58,077 bases of DNA. It comes from an uncultured Sphingomonadaceae bacterium (GTDB taxonomy: Bacteria > Pseudomonadota > Alphaproteobacteria > Sphingomonadales > Sphingomonadaceae). Numbering within the stretch: the stretch's first letter is position 1; every line of letters begins with the position of its first letter. The translations under genes and the position numbers were made by a program. Of the stretch, positions 42,847 to 53,921 are shown in pieces. The notes below the pieces were generated by a model. The model did no database searches and was not told the DNA's origin. It saw only the letters and a program-made list of their open reading frames with translations. The stretch covers positions 1-58,077 of the forward strand of contig CAXTSL010000002.1 in NCBI GenBank assembly GCA_964246975.1, given 5' to 3'.

Positions 42847-44048
42847 GCGGGGTCCTTCATGGCTTTGGCGGGGTGGTCGGGTTCGTCGGCGGGCCGGGTG
42901 AAATCATAGACATTGACCCCCGACGGTTCGGCGGGCGGCGTCAGCGTCTCGGGGTGGTCGAGCGTCCGGTTCGCGTCGCGCTTCCCGGCCTGCCAATGGT
43001 CCTCCATCGTCGCGCGCGAGAAATCATAGTCCTTCGACTGGCCTTCGTAGGCGGGGGCGCGGTAGATCAGCTGGACGATGTTGAACACCGCCGGGTCCGA
43101 CGCCTTGGCGAGCAACATGGCCTCGTCGGACTCGACCAGCTCGGGCGGCATGCGCTCGAGCAGCGCGTTGAACGCCGCGCGGAGCTTCTGCGTGCGCCTG
43201 AACGCGTCGGTGGCGGCGCGTGTCCGGCTCGAATACTGGATGTCCTTCATGCGCACTGCGACGTCGCCGAGGGTCTGCGGGGCGCTTCCGCGCGCGCTCC
43301 ACAGATCGACCTGGAGCACCAGCGTGTCGAGGTCGGACCCCGCCGACAGCACCCAGTCGAGCGGTGTGTTCGACACCATGCCGCCGTCCCAATACAGCTC
43401 GCCGTCGATCTCGACTGCCGGGAAGGCGGGGGGCAGCGCGCCGCTCGCCATGATGTGTTCGGCGCGGATCGTGTCGGTGGCGTTGTCGAAATAGGCGAAA
43501 TTGCCGGTGCGGACGTTGACCGCGCCGACGCTGAACCGGATCTCCCTGCGGTTGATCCGGTCGAAGTCGATCAGCCCTTCGAGCGTCGTCTTGAGCGCGG
43601 TCGTGTCGTACCAGCTCGTCGCCGCCGCACCGCCGCCGTGGAGCCATGTCGGCGGCGGGAAGCGCGGCGTGAAGAAGCCCGCAACGCCGTTGACCAGCAC
43701 GTCGCCAGCCGCGAACTGGTTGATCGCGCCGCGTGCCGACTCGTGCTGGAACAGCGGTGTCCAGAAGCTGCTCAGCCCCGACTTGCCCGCGCTGACGAGG
43801 TCCCAGAAGGCACGGAGCTTGGACACGCGATCCTCGGGCGCATTGCCCGCAATGATCGCGCTGTTGATCGCGCCGATCGAGATGCCCGCGATCCACGTCG
43901 GCTCGATGCCGCGCGCCTGCAACGACTCATAGACCCCCGCCTGATACGACCCCAACGCCCCGCCGCCCTGCAGCAGCAGCGCGATGCTCTCGAACGCCGT
44001 AGCACAGGGCTTGGGCGGCTCAGGCGCGGCAGCGGTGGCCTTACTCAC
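42843..44048 (-). CDS. Patatin-like phospholipase with DUF3734-type C-terminus (possible PHB depolymerase)
   Basis: [32 protein letters not shown]; start at 44048 or 44066. Confidence 0.88.
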   Translation of the reverse strand: MSKATAAAPEPPKPCATAFESIALLLQGGGALGSYQAGVYESLQARGIEPTWIAGISIGAINSAIIAGNAPEDRVSKLRAFWDLVSAGKSGLSSFWTPLFQHESARGAINQFAAGDVLVNGVAGFFTPRFPPPTWLHGGGAAATSWYDTTALKTTLEGLIDFDRINRREIRFSVGAVNVRTGNFAYFDNATDTIRAEHIMASGALPPAFPAVEIDGELYWDGGMVSNTPLDWVLSAGSDLDTLVLQVDLWSARGSAPQTLGDVAVRMKDIQYSSRTRAATDAFRRTQKLRAAFNALLERMPPELVESDEAMLLAKASDPAVFNIVQLIYRAPAYEGQSKDYDFSRATMEDHWQAGKRDANRTLDHPETLTPPAEPSGVNVYDFTRPADEPDHPAKAMKDPA

Positions 44049-44607
44049 GCTCGGGGACCGGGACATTGAAGCCGTTCAAGGTCGTCGACACCATCGCGTA
44101 GAGGCCGACGAGGTAGATCATCTCGTTGACGCCGTGCTGGCCGAAGGTCGCAACGGCGAGGCGGTAGATCGGCTCGGGCAGCGTGCCGCCGCGCACCAAC
44201 GCGAAGGCAAGGTCGAAGGCGATGCTTTCCTCGGCGCTGAGGTCGGTCGGCTTGAGGTCGGCGGTGATCGTCGCGAGGCGCTCGGCCGACATGCCTTCCT
44301 TCTCGGCAACGGCGATATGGGCATAGATCTCGTAGGCTGCGTCGAAGCGCGCGCCGACGACGAGGATGACGATCTGACGGATCGGATCGGGCAACGACGC
44401 CTGCGCGGTCATCGCGAGCGTCAGGTCCCAGATCGCCTTGCCGATGACCGGTTCGTGGAGCCACGGGTTCCACGGCCCCATCAGCGCGCCGTCGTCGCGC
44501 TCGACCTTGAAGGCGTTGAAGTTGCTGGCGATGCCTTTGCGCATTTCGTCGTAGAGCGGGCGCTGCTCGGCGGTCAGTGCGGCGGGCGAGATCAGCGGCA
44601 GGCGCAT
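44041..44607 (-). CDS. Carboxymuconolactone decarboxylase/AhpD-like protein
   Basis: GALMGPWNPWL, ILVVG....AYEIYAH and G.Y.MVS.TLN motifs. Confidence 0.8.
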   Translation of the reverse strand: MRLPLISPAALTAEQRPLYDEMRKGIASNFNAFKVERDDGALMGPWNPWLHEPVIGKAIWDLTLAMTAQASLPDPIRQIVILVVGARFDAAYEIYAHIAVAEKEGMSAERLATITADLKPTDLSAEESIAFDLAFALVRGGTLPEPIYRLAVATFGQHGVNEMIYLVGLYAMVSTTLNGFNVPVPERE

Positions 44608-44654
44608 GCTTAGCTCCTCGGCGGCAACGGATGTTCGACGATCAGTCGACGACC

Positions 44655-44703
44655 GTTACACTTCGCAGGGATCGAGGTTCCCATATTTTGCTGCGGCGCA
44701 CAA
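44655..44703 (-). promoter_or_regulatory. EcfG-like promoter plus PhaR-like operator
   Basis: GGAAC-N16-TGTAAC on the minus strand; TTGCTGCGGCGCACAA (44688-44703) fits the TGC-N3-GCA PhaR core. Confidence 0.5.
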
Positions 44704-44705
44704 TT

Positions 44706-44850
44706 TTCCCCCTCCCCTCCCCGCGAAGCGGAGAGAGGGGAGGGTCGGGGTGGGGAGTGCTGCCACGCGACGCAGACTCCGAGGCGATACTCCCCACCCC
44801 GACCCTCCCCTCTCTCGGTTCGCAAGCGCTCACCGGGAGGGGAGGGGGAA
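44706..44850. repeat. 145-bp palindromic intergenic element (MITE/RIME-like)
   Basis: Perfect 16-bp outer IR (44706-44721 / 44835-44850) and perfect 28-bp inner IR (44731-44758 / 44789-44816). Confidence 0.85.
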
Positions 44851-44908
44851 GAGGGAGGGAGGGAGGGAGGGAGGGAAGGAGAGAGGGAGAGAGGGAAGGG
44901 GGAGAAAA
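44835..44908 (+). repeat. Pure polypurine tract with (GGGA)n
   Basis: About 74 nt containing only A and G. Confidence 0.9.
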
Positions 44909-45284
44909 TGGACGCCGGACACGTTCGATTTCCCGCTAACGGCGATGCCGTCCGGGTCGGGCCGTGTCGGGGTCTTCGCCGTCGCTGCCGGTCTGCTGGT
45001 TCGGCGGGGACTTCGGAAGGCCTGAAGATCGTGCGGCGGGTGCAAGGGTGTGCCGTGTCGGAGGACGTGTCGGAAGTGCGGTGTCTTACGCCGCTGCGCT
45101 GTCGGTACGCAATGTCGCGCGAACTACGCTCGTTACGCCTGTCGCTGCGCTGGTTGACGCGCAGTCCTCCGGCACCTTTCCAGGCACCGCTACCCTTGCA
45201 CCCGTCGCGCCGCGTTTCCCGTAGCAGGCGGGGCGCGCGGCAGGCCGTTGGACGATGGGGACAGCCATCGTCCGGCTTGATCGG

Positions 45285-45313
45285 CTATTAGCCGATATGG
45301 TTCATTTCGTCAA
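45285..45313 (-). promoter_or_regulatory. Sigma70-like promoter TTGACG-N17-TAATAG overlapped by a 17-bp palindrome
   Basis: Seen directly; no convincing CDS downstream. Confidence 0.45.
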
Positions 45314-45353
45314 GCAAATTGTGCGTTTGTGCTAAGGGCACCGGGATGCGGGT

Positions 45354-46418
45354 CTACGGCCGCGCTTCGAGTACCAGATTGAACGGTGTTTCGCTGGCGC
45401 GTCGGACGCTGCCGAAGCCGGCCTCGGTCAGCACCGCCGCCAGCCGCTTCTCGCCCGCCTGCGCGCCGAGGCCGAGGCCGACTTCCTGCGCCAGCGAGCC
45501 GGGCGTGCAGAACATCGTCGACGCCGAATAGAACATGCGGCCGACCGGATTGAGATTGTCCTCCAGCGCATCGCCCGCGAATGGCTCGACGATCAGAAAC
45601 GTCCCATCGGGCTTGAGCGTCGAGCGGATGTGCGCGGCGTTGCCGACGGGGTCGCCCATGTCGTGGAGGCAGTCGAAGACGGCGGCGAGGTCGTACTGGC
45701 CGTCGGGCACCTCCTTCGCGCTCGCGACGGCGAAGTCGATGTTGGCAGCAACGCCTGCCTCGGCGGCGGCTTCGCGGGCGCGTTCGATCGACGCGGCGTG
45801 GTAGTCGAAACCCGTGAAGCGGCTATTGGGGAAAGCCTGCGCCATGATGATCGTCGACGCGCCCGCGCCGCAGCCGATGTCGGCGACGCGCGCGCCCGCG
45901 TCGAGCTTGGCGACGACGCCGTCGAGCGACGGCAGCCACGACGGCAGCAGATTGGCACGGTAGCCGGGGCGGAAGAAGCGTTCGGTGCCGCGGAACAGGC
46001 AGGGCGCATGCTCGTGCCAGCCGACGCCAGCGCCCGACTTGAACGCCGCGCTGACCTGCGGCTCGCCGATATAGGCAGCGGCGATCAGCTCGTAGGCGCT
46101 GGCGACATAGGCGGGGGAGTCCTCGTCGGCGAGCGCCATCGCCGCCTCGGGCGACATTGCGAACGACTTGGTCGCGGGGTCGTACTCGACATATCCCGAC
46201 GCGGCCTGCGCGCTGAGCCATTCGCGGACATAGCGTTCGGTCAGGCCGGTGCGCGCCGCCAGCGATTCGGACGTCTGCGGCCCACCGTCGGCAAGGCCTT
46301 TGTAAAGGCCCAGCTTCGCACCGACGATGACCAGCGCGCCGCTGAGCGAGGCGCTCATGTCGCCGACCATCTTGCCCATGAAGGCGTTGAGCCTGTCCAT
46401 GTCGAGTTCGCGCGCCAT
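45354..46418 (-). CDS. Class I SAM-dependent methyltransferase with N-terminal winged HTH
   Basis: ERYVREWL, ADIGCGAG and FDCLHDMGDP motifs. Confidence 0.92.
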   Translation of the reverse strand: MARELDMDRLNAFMGKMVGDMSASLSGALVIVGAKLGLYKGLADGGPQTSESLAARTGLTERYVREWLSAQAASGYVEYDPATKSFAMSPEAAMALADEDSPAYVASAYELIAAAYIGEPQVSAAFKSGAGVGWHEHAPCLFRGTERFFRPGYRANLLPSWLPSLDGVVAKLDAGARVADIGCGAGASTIIMAQAFPNSRFTGFDYHAASIERAREAAAEAGVAANIDFAVASAKEVPDGQYDLAAVFDCLHDMGDPVGNAAHIRSTLKPDGTFLIVEPFAGDALEDNLNPVGRMFYSASTMFCTPGSLAQEVGLGLGAQAGEKRLAAVLTEAGFGSVRRASETPFNLVLEARP

Positions 46419-46480
46419 GGTCGTCCTCCCGGATCGTTGCGGGGGCAGTCTAACCGATCCGGATTTAAATCGCGAGACGG

Positions 46481-48073
<1,593 letters not shown>

Positions 48074-48282
48074 ACTCTATCTCCTCGAACGGCAATTATC
48101 GGACAAACGCGCCTTCGCACCCTTGCCCGAGCCTGTCCTGCGCTTACACGGTTCGGGGGCGTTTCGTCAAAACCGGAGGCCGCCGCCGTTACCGGGAAGC
48201 CGTTGGCAAACGATGAAGCCCGACGCGCGCGAACCACCGCCGGTCGCCCGGCGGCGGTGGAAAACGATGGGGTCGGCGCGGC

Positions 48283-48786
48283 CTACATCGCCCCCATCGA
48301 CGACTGGATCGACTTGATCTTGTCGAGGTGCGCCTGAACGATCGGCACCGCGCCCGCCGACGCCTGCTTCAGCGCGGGCTTGTCGCCGCCGGTCGAATAG
48401 GCGGTGTGGAGGTCGAGCGCCTGCTGATGCGCCATGACCTGCTGGCGGACATAGACTTTCTCCATGTCGGCGGGCTTGGCGGCCTTGAGATCGGCGATCA
48501 TCTTGGCCTGCGCGGGGCTCAGCTTGGGCGGCATCGGCTTGAGGCCGTCCTTCTTGGCGGCCGCCGTCACCTCGGCGCTGGTCTTGCCGTGGTCGGCGAC
48601 CATCATCGACGCGAACGACTTGACCTCGGCGTTCTTGGCCGACTTCATCACCATCTGGCTCGAGGTCTTCTCGTAGAGGTCGCTGGCACCGGCCATCTTG
48701 ACGAATTCGGGGGCCGGCGGCGCGGGCATCGCGGCGAGCGGTGCGGCGGCGAATGCGGCGGCGGCGAGCAGGGCGTAGCGGATCAT
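48283..48786 (-). CDS. DUF4142 domain secreted protein
   Basis: Signal peptide; FV..AG.SDLYE..S, FA.MMV.DH, Y..QQV.AH. Confidence 0.88.
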   Translation of the reverse strand: MIRYALLAAAAFAAAPLAAMPAPPAPEFVKMAGASDLYEKTSSQMVMKSAKNAEVKSFASMMVADHGKTSAEVTAAAKKDGLKPMPPKLSPAQAKMIADLKAAKPADMEKVYVRQQVMAHQQALDLHTAYSTGGDKPALKQASAGAVPIVQAHLDKIKSIQSSMGAM

Positions 48787-48815
48787 CACGGTCTCCCAGG
48801 TTGCGGTGGCTCTGC

Positions 48816-48840
48816 AACCCGGTGATCCGGCAAGTGTTCC
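48816..48840 (-). promoter_or_regulatory. Probable EcfG promoter of the DUF4142 gene
   Basis: GGAAC-N16-GGTT. Confidence 0.6.
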
Positions 48841-48841
48841 G

Positions 48842-49519
48842 TCAACGACGGCGGACGAAACGATAGGGCGTCGTCGGCGGCACCTGGAAGGCAAATTCCC
48901 CGTCATCCAGGCGTCCCGATTCGCGGTAGTCGAAGCCTTTGGCATCGACCCCGACGGTCGCGGCGATCCGCATGCCGCGCCCCGATGCGGCGACGATACG
49001 GCATCGCGCCGGGTCGATGATGCCGCGCCAGCCCGAGTCGCGTCGCGTGAAGACTGCGGCGCAGGCGTCGCCATAACCCTTCAGGTCGGCGGGCGTCAGG
49101 GCTGCGAAGCTGCCGGGTAGGTCGCCCTTGCCCGCCAGCGCGGCTGGATCGCGCAGCGTATAAAAGTCCATCACCGGCGCGCCGCCGCGCGTGCGAAATA
49201 CCCACAGCCGCTGACGCGAGATCGGTCCCGTGGCGCTGCCGCCGTGCCATTCGAGGTAGATCGCGCGGCCGCCGAGCAACGGTGCATCGACCGCGCGCAA
49301 CGTCGCGTGCTGTCGGTCGAGCCAGGTCCCGCCGACCGACGGCGGCACTTTCAGCGCGGCATCGGCGGCGTCGTATTGCGCGACATTATCGAAATCGCCC
49401 GTCAGCAGCGTCGCGACCTCGTCGACCGGCGCGGCACTGCACAGCAGCAGCGCCGCCGCACCCTTGCACAGAAGGCCGCACGCGCGCAGGAGCGGAGGCT
49501 CATTTCGCAGGGTTCGCAT
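48842..49519 (-). CDS. CpcT/CpeT-like beta-barrel protein, probably exported
   Basis: LTGDFDN..Q, H..L, IYLE, RQRLW and Y.F.R motifs; start uncertain. Confidence 0.6.
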   Translation of the reverse strand: MRTLRNEPPLLRACGLLCKGAAALLLCSAAPVDEVATLLTGDFDNVAQYDAADAALKVPPSVGGTWLDRQHATLRAVDAPLLGGRAIYLEWHGGSATGPISRQRLWVFRTRGGAPVMDFYTLRDPAALAGKGDLPGSFAALTPADLKGYGDACAAVFTRRDSGWRGIIDPARCRIVAASGRGMRIAATVGVDAKGFDYRESGRLDDGEFAFQVPPTTPYRFVRRR

Positions 49520-50240
49520 GGCCGCCACTATCGCCCTCGTCGACGACGACCGCAACATCCTGACCTCGGTGTCGATCGCGCTGCAGAACGAGGGGTTCGC
49601 GGTGCGCCTCTATTCCGACGGCGCGGCGGCGCTCAGGGCGCTGACCGACAATCCACCCGACCTTGCGGTGCTCGACATCAAGATGCCGCGCATGGACGGT
49701 ATGGAGCTGCTGCGGCGGCTGCGCGACAAGAGCGAGCTGCCGGTCATTTTCCTAACCTCGAAGGATACCGAGATCGACGAGGCGCTCGGCCTCGCGATGG
49801 GGGCGGACGACTATATCGGCAAGCCGTTCAGCCAGCGGCTGTTGATCGAGCGCATCCGCGCGGTGCTGCGCCGCGCCGCGAGCCGCAAGGGCGAGGCGGC
49901 GCAGGAGGGCGATCCCGCGCCCGGTCCCGCCATCGTGCGCGGCCGCCTCAGTATGGACCCCGCGCGCCACCGCGTGTCGTGGACGACGGCGGGCGGCGCG
50001 CACGACGTCGCGCTGACCGTCACCGAGTTCCTGATCCTCGAGGCGCTCGCCCAGCGCCCCGGCTTCGTCAAATCGCGCGACCAGTTGATGGACACCGCGT
50101 ATCAGGACGACGTCTATGTCGACGACCGGACGATCGACAGTCATATCAAGCGCCTGCGCAAGAAGTTCCGCGCCGTCGACCATGAGTTCAAGGGGATCGA
50201 GACGCTCTATGGCGTCGGCTATCGCTTCAACGAAGCCTGA
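49518..50240 (+). CDS. chvI: Response regulator ChvI
   Basis: [36 protein letters not shown] and ETLYGVGY motifs. Confidence 0.95.
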   Translation: MAATIALVDDDRNILTSVSIALQNEGFAVRLYSDGAAALRALTDNPPDLAVLDIKMPRMDGMELLRRLRDKSELPVIFLTSKDTEIDEALGLAMGADDYIGKPFSQRLLIERIRAVLRRAASRKGEAAQEGDPAPGPAIVRGRLSMDPARHRVSWTTAGGAHDVALTVTEFLILEALAQRPGFVKSRDQLMDTAYQDDVYVDDRTIDSHIKRLRKKFRAVDHEFKGIETLYGVGYRFNEA

Positions 50241-51786
50241 GGTCGCGGGTCGCGGCGCGACCGAGGCCACACCGCCGTCGGGGCGCTGGCGCTATAGCCT
50301 TGCGCCGCGCATCCTCGCGGTCAACGTCTTCGCCATTCTCGCGCTGGCAATCAGCGTCATCTACCTCGATTCGTTTCGCGAGCGGCTGATCGACCAGCGT
50401 CGCGTCGAGCTGCGGCGGCAGGCGGCGCTGATCGGGGATTTCATGGCCGCCGCCCCCGCCACCGCCTGGCCCGCGCTGGCGGCGCGCTATGGACGGACGA
50501 CCGCGACGCGGCTGCGCGTCTATGCTGCGGGCGGCGCGCGGCTGGCGGATAGCTGGACTACCGAAAAGCCGACCTTCGAACTCGTCGATCCGCGCACCGA
50601 GCCGTTCAAGCGCGAGGCGGCGCGCACCCTCGACATCGTCATCGAGGGGTTCGGCAAGGCCGAGGTGCTGCCCGACTATGTCGAGCCGGGGCGCGACACC
50701 GCCGCCGCGTGGTCCGAAGTCGGCGCAGCGCTGGGTGGTCGCGTCACCGATGCGCTGCGGCGCGCCCCCGACCGGACGGTGATCATCGCCGCCGCCGCGC
50801 CGCTCGGGCCAACGGCAGCGCTGCAGCTGACCATCGACACGCGCGACATCACCAAGCTCGTCCGGCGCGAGCGCGCGACGCTCGGGCTCGTCTTCCTCGG
50901 CGTCCTCGCCGCCAGCCTGTTCTTCTCGAACTTTCTCGCCGACACCATCGTCCGCCCGCTGCGCCTGCTCGCGGTGTCGGCGCAGCGCGTGCGGCTGGGC
51001 CGCGCGCGCGAGGTCACCGTGCCGCGCTTTCGCGAGCGCCGCGACGAGATCGGCCAGCTGGCGCGCGCGCTCAGCGACATGACGCAGGCGTTGCGCGCCC
51101 GCATCGACGCCACCGAGGCCTTTGCCGCCGATGTCGCGCACGAGCTCAAGAACCCGCTAGCGTCACTGCGCAGCGCGGTCGATTCGCTCGAACTGGTCAA
51201 GACCGCCGACCTGCGGTCGCAGCTGATGGCGGTGATCCGCGACGACGTCGGGCGCATCGACCGGCTGATCACCGACATCGCCGACGCCAGCCGCCTCGAC
51301 GCCGAGCTGTCGCGCAGCCGCTTCGAGCGCCTCGATCTCGGCGATCTGACGGGCGCGCTGGTCCGCGCCTACGACACCGGCGGCTGCCCGCGCGGCATCG
51401 AGATCGCTTATGCGCGGCCCGAGGGCGACACGGCGGTGGTGATGGGCGAGGGCGACCGGTTGGCACAGGTGGTCCGCAACCTCGTCGACAACGCAATTTC
51501 GTTCTCGCCGCCCGACGGCCTCGTCGTCGTTACCGTCGTGCGCGCCGACGACCGCGTGTTGCTGCGCGTCGACGACCAGGGCCCTGGTATTCCGCCCGAC
51601 AACCGCGACGACATCTTCCGCCGCTTCTATACCGAGCGTCCGGCGGACGAGCATTTCGGCCGCCACTCGGGGCTAGGGCTCGCCATCGTCCGAACCATCG
51701 TCGAGGCGCACGACGGCACGGTCGAAGTCGCCGAGACCGACGGCGACAGCGGCGCGCGCTTCGTCGTCAGCCTGCCCGCCGCATGA
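50209..51786 (+). CDS. chvG: Sensor histidine kinase ChvG
   Basis: [36 protein letters not shown]. Confidence 0.92.
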   Translation: MASAIASTKPEVAGRGATEATPPSGRWRYSLAPRILAVNVFAILALAISVIYLDSFRERLIDQRRVELRRQAALIGDFMAAAPATAWPALAARYGRTTATRLRVYAAGGARLADSWTTEKPTFELVDPRTEPFKREAARTLDIVIEGFGKAEVLPDYVEPGRDTAAAWSEVGAALGGRVTDALRRAPDRTVIIAAAAPLGPTAALQLTIDTRDITKLVRRERATLGLVFLGVLAASLFFSNFLADTIVRPLRLLAVSAQRVRLGRAREVTVPRFRERRDEIGQLARALSDMTQALRARIDATEAFAADVAHELKNPLASLRSAVDSLELVKTADLRSQLMAVIRDDVGRIDRLITDIADASRLDAELSRSRFERLDLGDLTGALVRAYDTGGCPRGIEIAYARPEGDTAVVMGEGDRLAQVVRNLVDNAISFSPPDGLVVVTVVRADDRVLLRVDDQGPGIPPDNRDDIFRRFYTERPADEHFGRHSGLGLAIVRTIVEAHDGTVEVAETDGDSGARFVVSLPAA

Positions 51787-53174
51787 TCCGCGTCCACGCG
51801 ACCTGCGTGGCGCTGGCCGGTCGCGCGGTCCTGCTGTTCGGGCGTCCGGGCAGCGGCAAGTCGGACCTCGCGGCGCGCCTGATCGACCGCGGCTGGACGC
51901 TCGTCGCCGACGATCAGGTCGAGCTGCGGCACGACGGCGACGGGCTGCGCGCTTCGCCCCCGGCAACGATCGCGGGCAAGCTCGAGCTGCGCGGCGTCGG
52001 CATCGTCGCGCACGCGTGGCGGGCGGACGTGCCCGTGGCGCTCGCCTTCGACCTCGATGCGGTCCCCGAGCGCATGCCCGATCCCGTGGCGCGCGCCGTC
52101 GGCGGGGTCGCGCTGCCGTGCCTCGCGCTGAAGCCGTTCGAAGCCTCGGCGGCGATCAAGGTCGAAGCCGCTTTGACGCGCTATCGAACCGGCGTAGAAG
52201 GCGCGCCCGTGGCCGTGTCGAACTCTTCTTCCCATGCAGCCGCGCCGACGGGCGCGACGCGCGTCCTCGTCGTCACCGGCATGTCGGGGGCGGGCAAGTC
52301 GACCGCGCTCAAGGCGCTCGAAGACCTTGGCTACGAGGCCGTCGACAATCTGCCGCTGGCGCTGTTCGACCGGTTGCTCGATCCCGACGGGCTCGACTCC
52401 GGCGACCTCGACCTCGCGCGCCCGCTGGCGTTCGGCATCGACACGCGGACGCGCGGCTTCGACGGCGACGCGATCGTCGCGCGGCTCGCGGCGTTGCGCG
52501 ACGACGGCGTCGACATCCGCCTGTTGTTCCTCGACTGCGCCGGGGGCGAGCTGACGCGGCGCTTTTCCGAGACGCGGCGGCGGCACCCGCTGGCGCTCGA
52601 CCGTCCCGCCGTCGACGGCATCGCCGCCGAGCGCGAGATGCTCGGCAGCCTGCGTCGCTGGGCCGACGCGGTGATCGACACCACCGACAGCAAGGCCGCC
52701 GACCTGCGCGCCGCGATCGCCGACCGCTTCGGTGCGGCGGGCGGCGAGCCGCTGACGCTGACGCTGACCTCGTTCGGTTTCGCGCGCGGGCTGCCGCGCG
52801 ATGCCGACGTGGTTTTCGACATGCGCTTTCTCGCCAATCCGCACTGGGATCTGGCGCTCCGCCCGCTGACCGGGGAGGACGACGCGGTCGCCGACCATAT
52901 CGCCGCCGATCCGGCTTTTGCGCCCGCCTTCGAGCGCATCGTCGACCTGCTGCTGACGCTGCTTCCCGGCTATGGCCGCGAGGGCAAGGCCTATCTGACG
53001 GTGGCGTTCGGCTGCACCGGCGGGCGTCACCGCTCGGTATTCGTTGCGCGCGCCGTCGCCGCGCGGCTGGCGGCGGCGGGTTACGCGCCGCATCTGGTGC
53101 ACCGTGACAAGGCCGGGCGCGGCGACGCGGCCCCGCTCGCCGCCCTCCCGCAACCGGAGCTGTTGACCGCATGA
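51783..53174 (+). CDS. rapZ: HPr kinase-like domain fused in frame to RNase adapter RapZ
   Basis: VHATCV..GRPGSGKSD..LVADD..ELRGVG (HprK), then VTGMSGAGKST, DNLP, RRFSETRRRHPL, D.RFL.NPHW, GCTGGRHRSV (RapZ), with no stop between. Confidence 0.9.
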   Translation: MIRVHATCVALAGRAVLLFGRPGSGKSDLAARLIDRGWTLVADDQVELRHDGDGLRASPPATIAGKLELRGVGIVAHAWRADVPVALAFDLDAVPERMPDPVARAVGGVALPCLALKPFEASAAIKVEAALTRYRTGVEGAPVAVSNSSSHAAAPTGATRVLVVTGMSGAGKSTALKALEDLGYEAVDNLPLALFDRLLDPDGLDSGDLDLARPLAFGIDTRTRGFDGDAIVARLAALRDDGVDIRLLFLDCAGGELTRRFSETRRRHPLALDRPAVDGIAAEREMLGSLRRWADAVIDTTDSKAADLRAAIADRFGAAGGEPLTLTLTSFGFARGLPRDADVVFDMRFLANPHWDLALRPLTGEDDAVADHIAADPAFAPAFERIVDLLLTLLPGYGREGKAYLTVAFGCTGGRHRSVFVARAVAARLAAAGYAPHLVHRDKAGRGDAAPLAALPQPELLTA

Positions 53175-53575
53175 TCGGGCTGGTGCTGGTGACGCACGGG
53201 CGGCTGGCGGCCGAATTCGTGGCCGCGATGGAGCATGTCGTCGGGCCGCAGGACGGCATCGCGGCGATCTGCATCGGGGCCGACGACGACATGGAAGCGC
53301 GCCGTGCCGACATCGCCGCGGCGGTGCAGCGCGTCGATACCGGCACGGGGGTCATCCTGCTCACCGACATGTTCGGGGGCACGCCGTCGAACCTCGCGAT
53401 CTCGCTGATGGGCGCGGCGCGCGTCGAGGTCATCGCCGGGGTCAATCTGCCGATGCTGATCCGCCTCGCCAGCGTCCGCAAGACCGCAGGCGTCGCCGCC
53501 GCCGTCGAGGCGGCGCAGGAAGCGGGGCGCAAATATATCTCGGTGGCGTCGAAGATACTGGGCGAGGCGGCCTGA
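53171..53575 (+). CDS. PTS EIIA mannose-type component
   Basis: MIGLVLVTHG, TDMFGGTPSN and GVNLPML motifs. Confidence 0.93.
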   Translation: MIGLVLVTHGRLAAEFVAAMEHVVGPQDGIAAICIGADDDMEARRADIAAAVQRVDTGTGVILLTDMFGGTPSNLAISLMGAARVEVIAGVNLPMLIRLASVRKTAGVAAAVEAAQEAGRKYISVASKILGEAA

Positions 53576-53845
53576 GTGGCAGGCCCGGTGACTGTGCTGA
53601 TCGTCAACCGGCGCGGGCTGCACGCGCGCGCCAGCGCCAAGTTCGTGACGCTCGCCTCGACCTTCGACGCGGTGGTAACGGTGACCAAGGACGGGTCGAG
53701 CGTCACCGGCACGTCGATCATGGGGCTGATGATGCTCGCCGCCGCCCCCGGCGACACGGTGGAAATCGCCGCGACGGGGGCGCAGGCCGATGCGGCGCTG
53801 GCGGCGCTGGTCGGGCTGGTCGAGGGCAAGTTCGGGGAGGACTGA
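53576..53845 (+). CDS. ptsH: HPr/NPr phosphocarrier
   Basis: NRRGLHARASAKFV and SIMGLMML motifs. Confidence 0.92.
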   Translation: MAGPVTVLIVNRRGLHARASAKFVTLASTFDAVVTVTKDGSSVTGTSIMGLMMLAAAPGDTVEIAATGAQADAALAALVGLVEGKFGED

Positions 53846-53921
53846 GTTACCTGTCGCTGCACGGCGCATCGCGTGATCCCGCTGCTTGCCCCGCTTCCCC
53901 GCCGCCTCTAATCCGGCCCCG

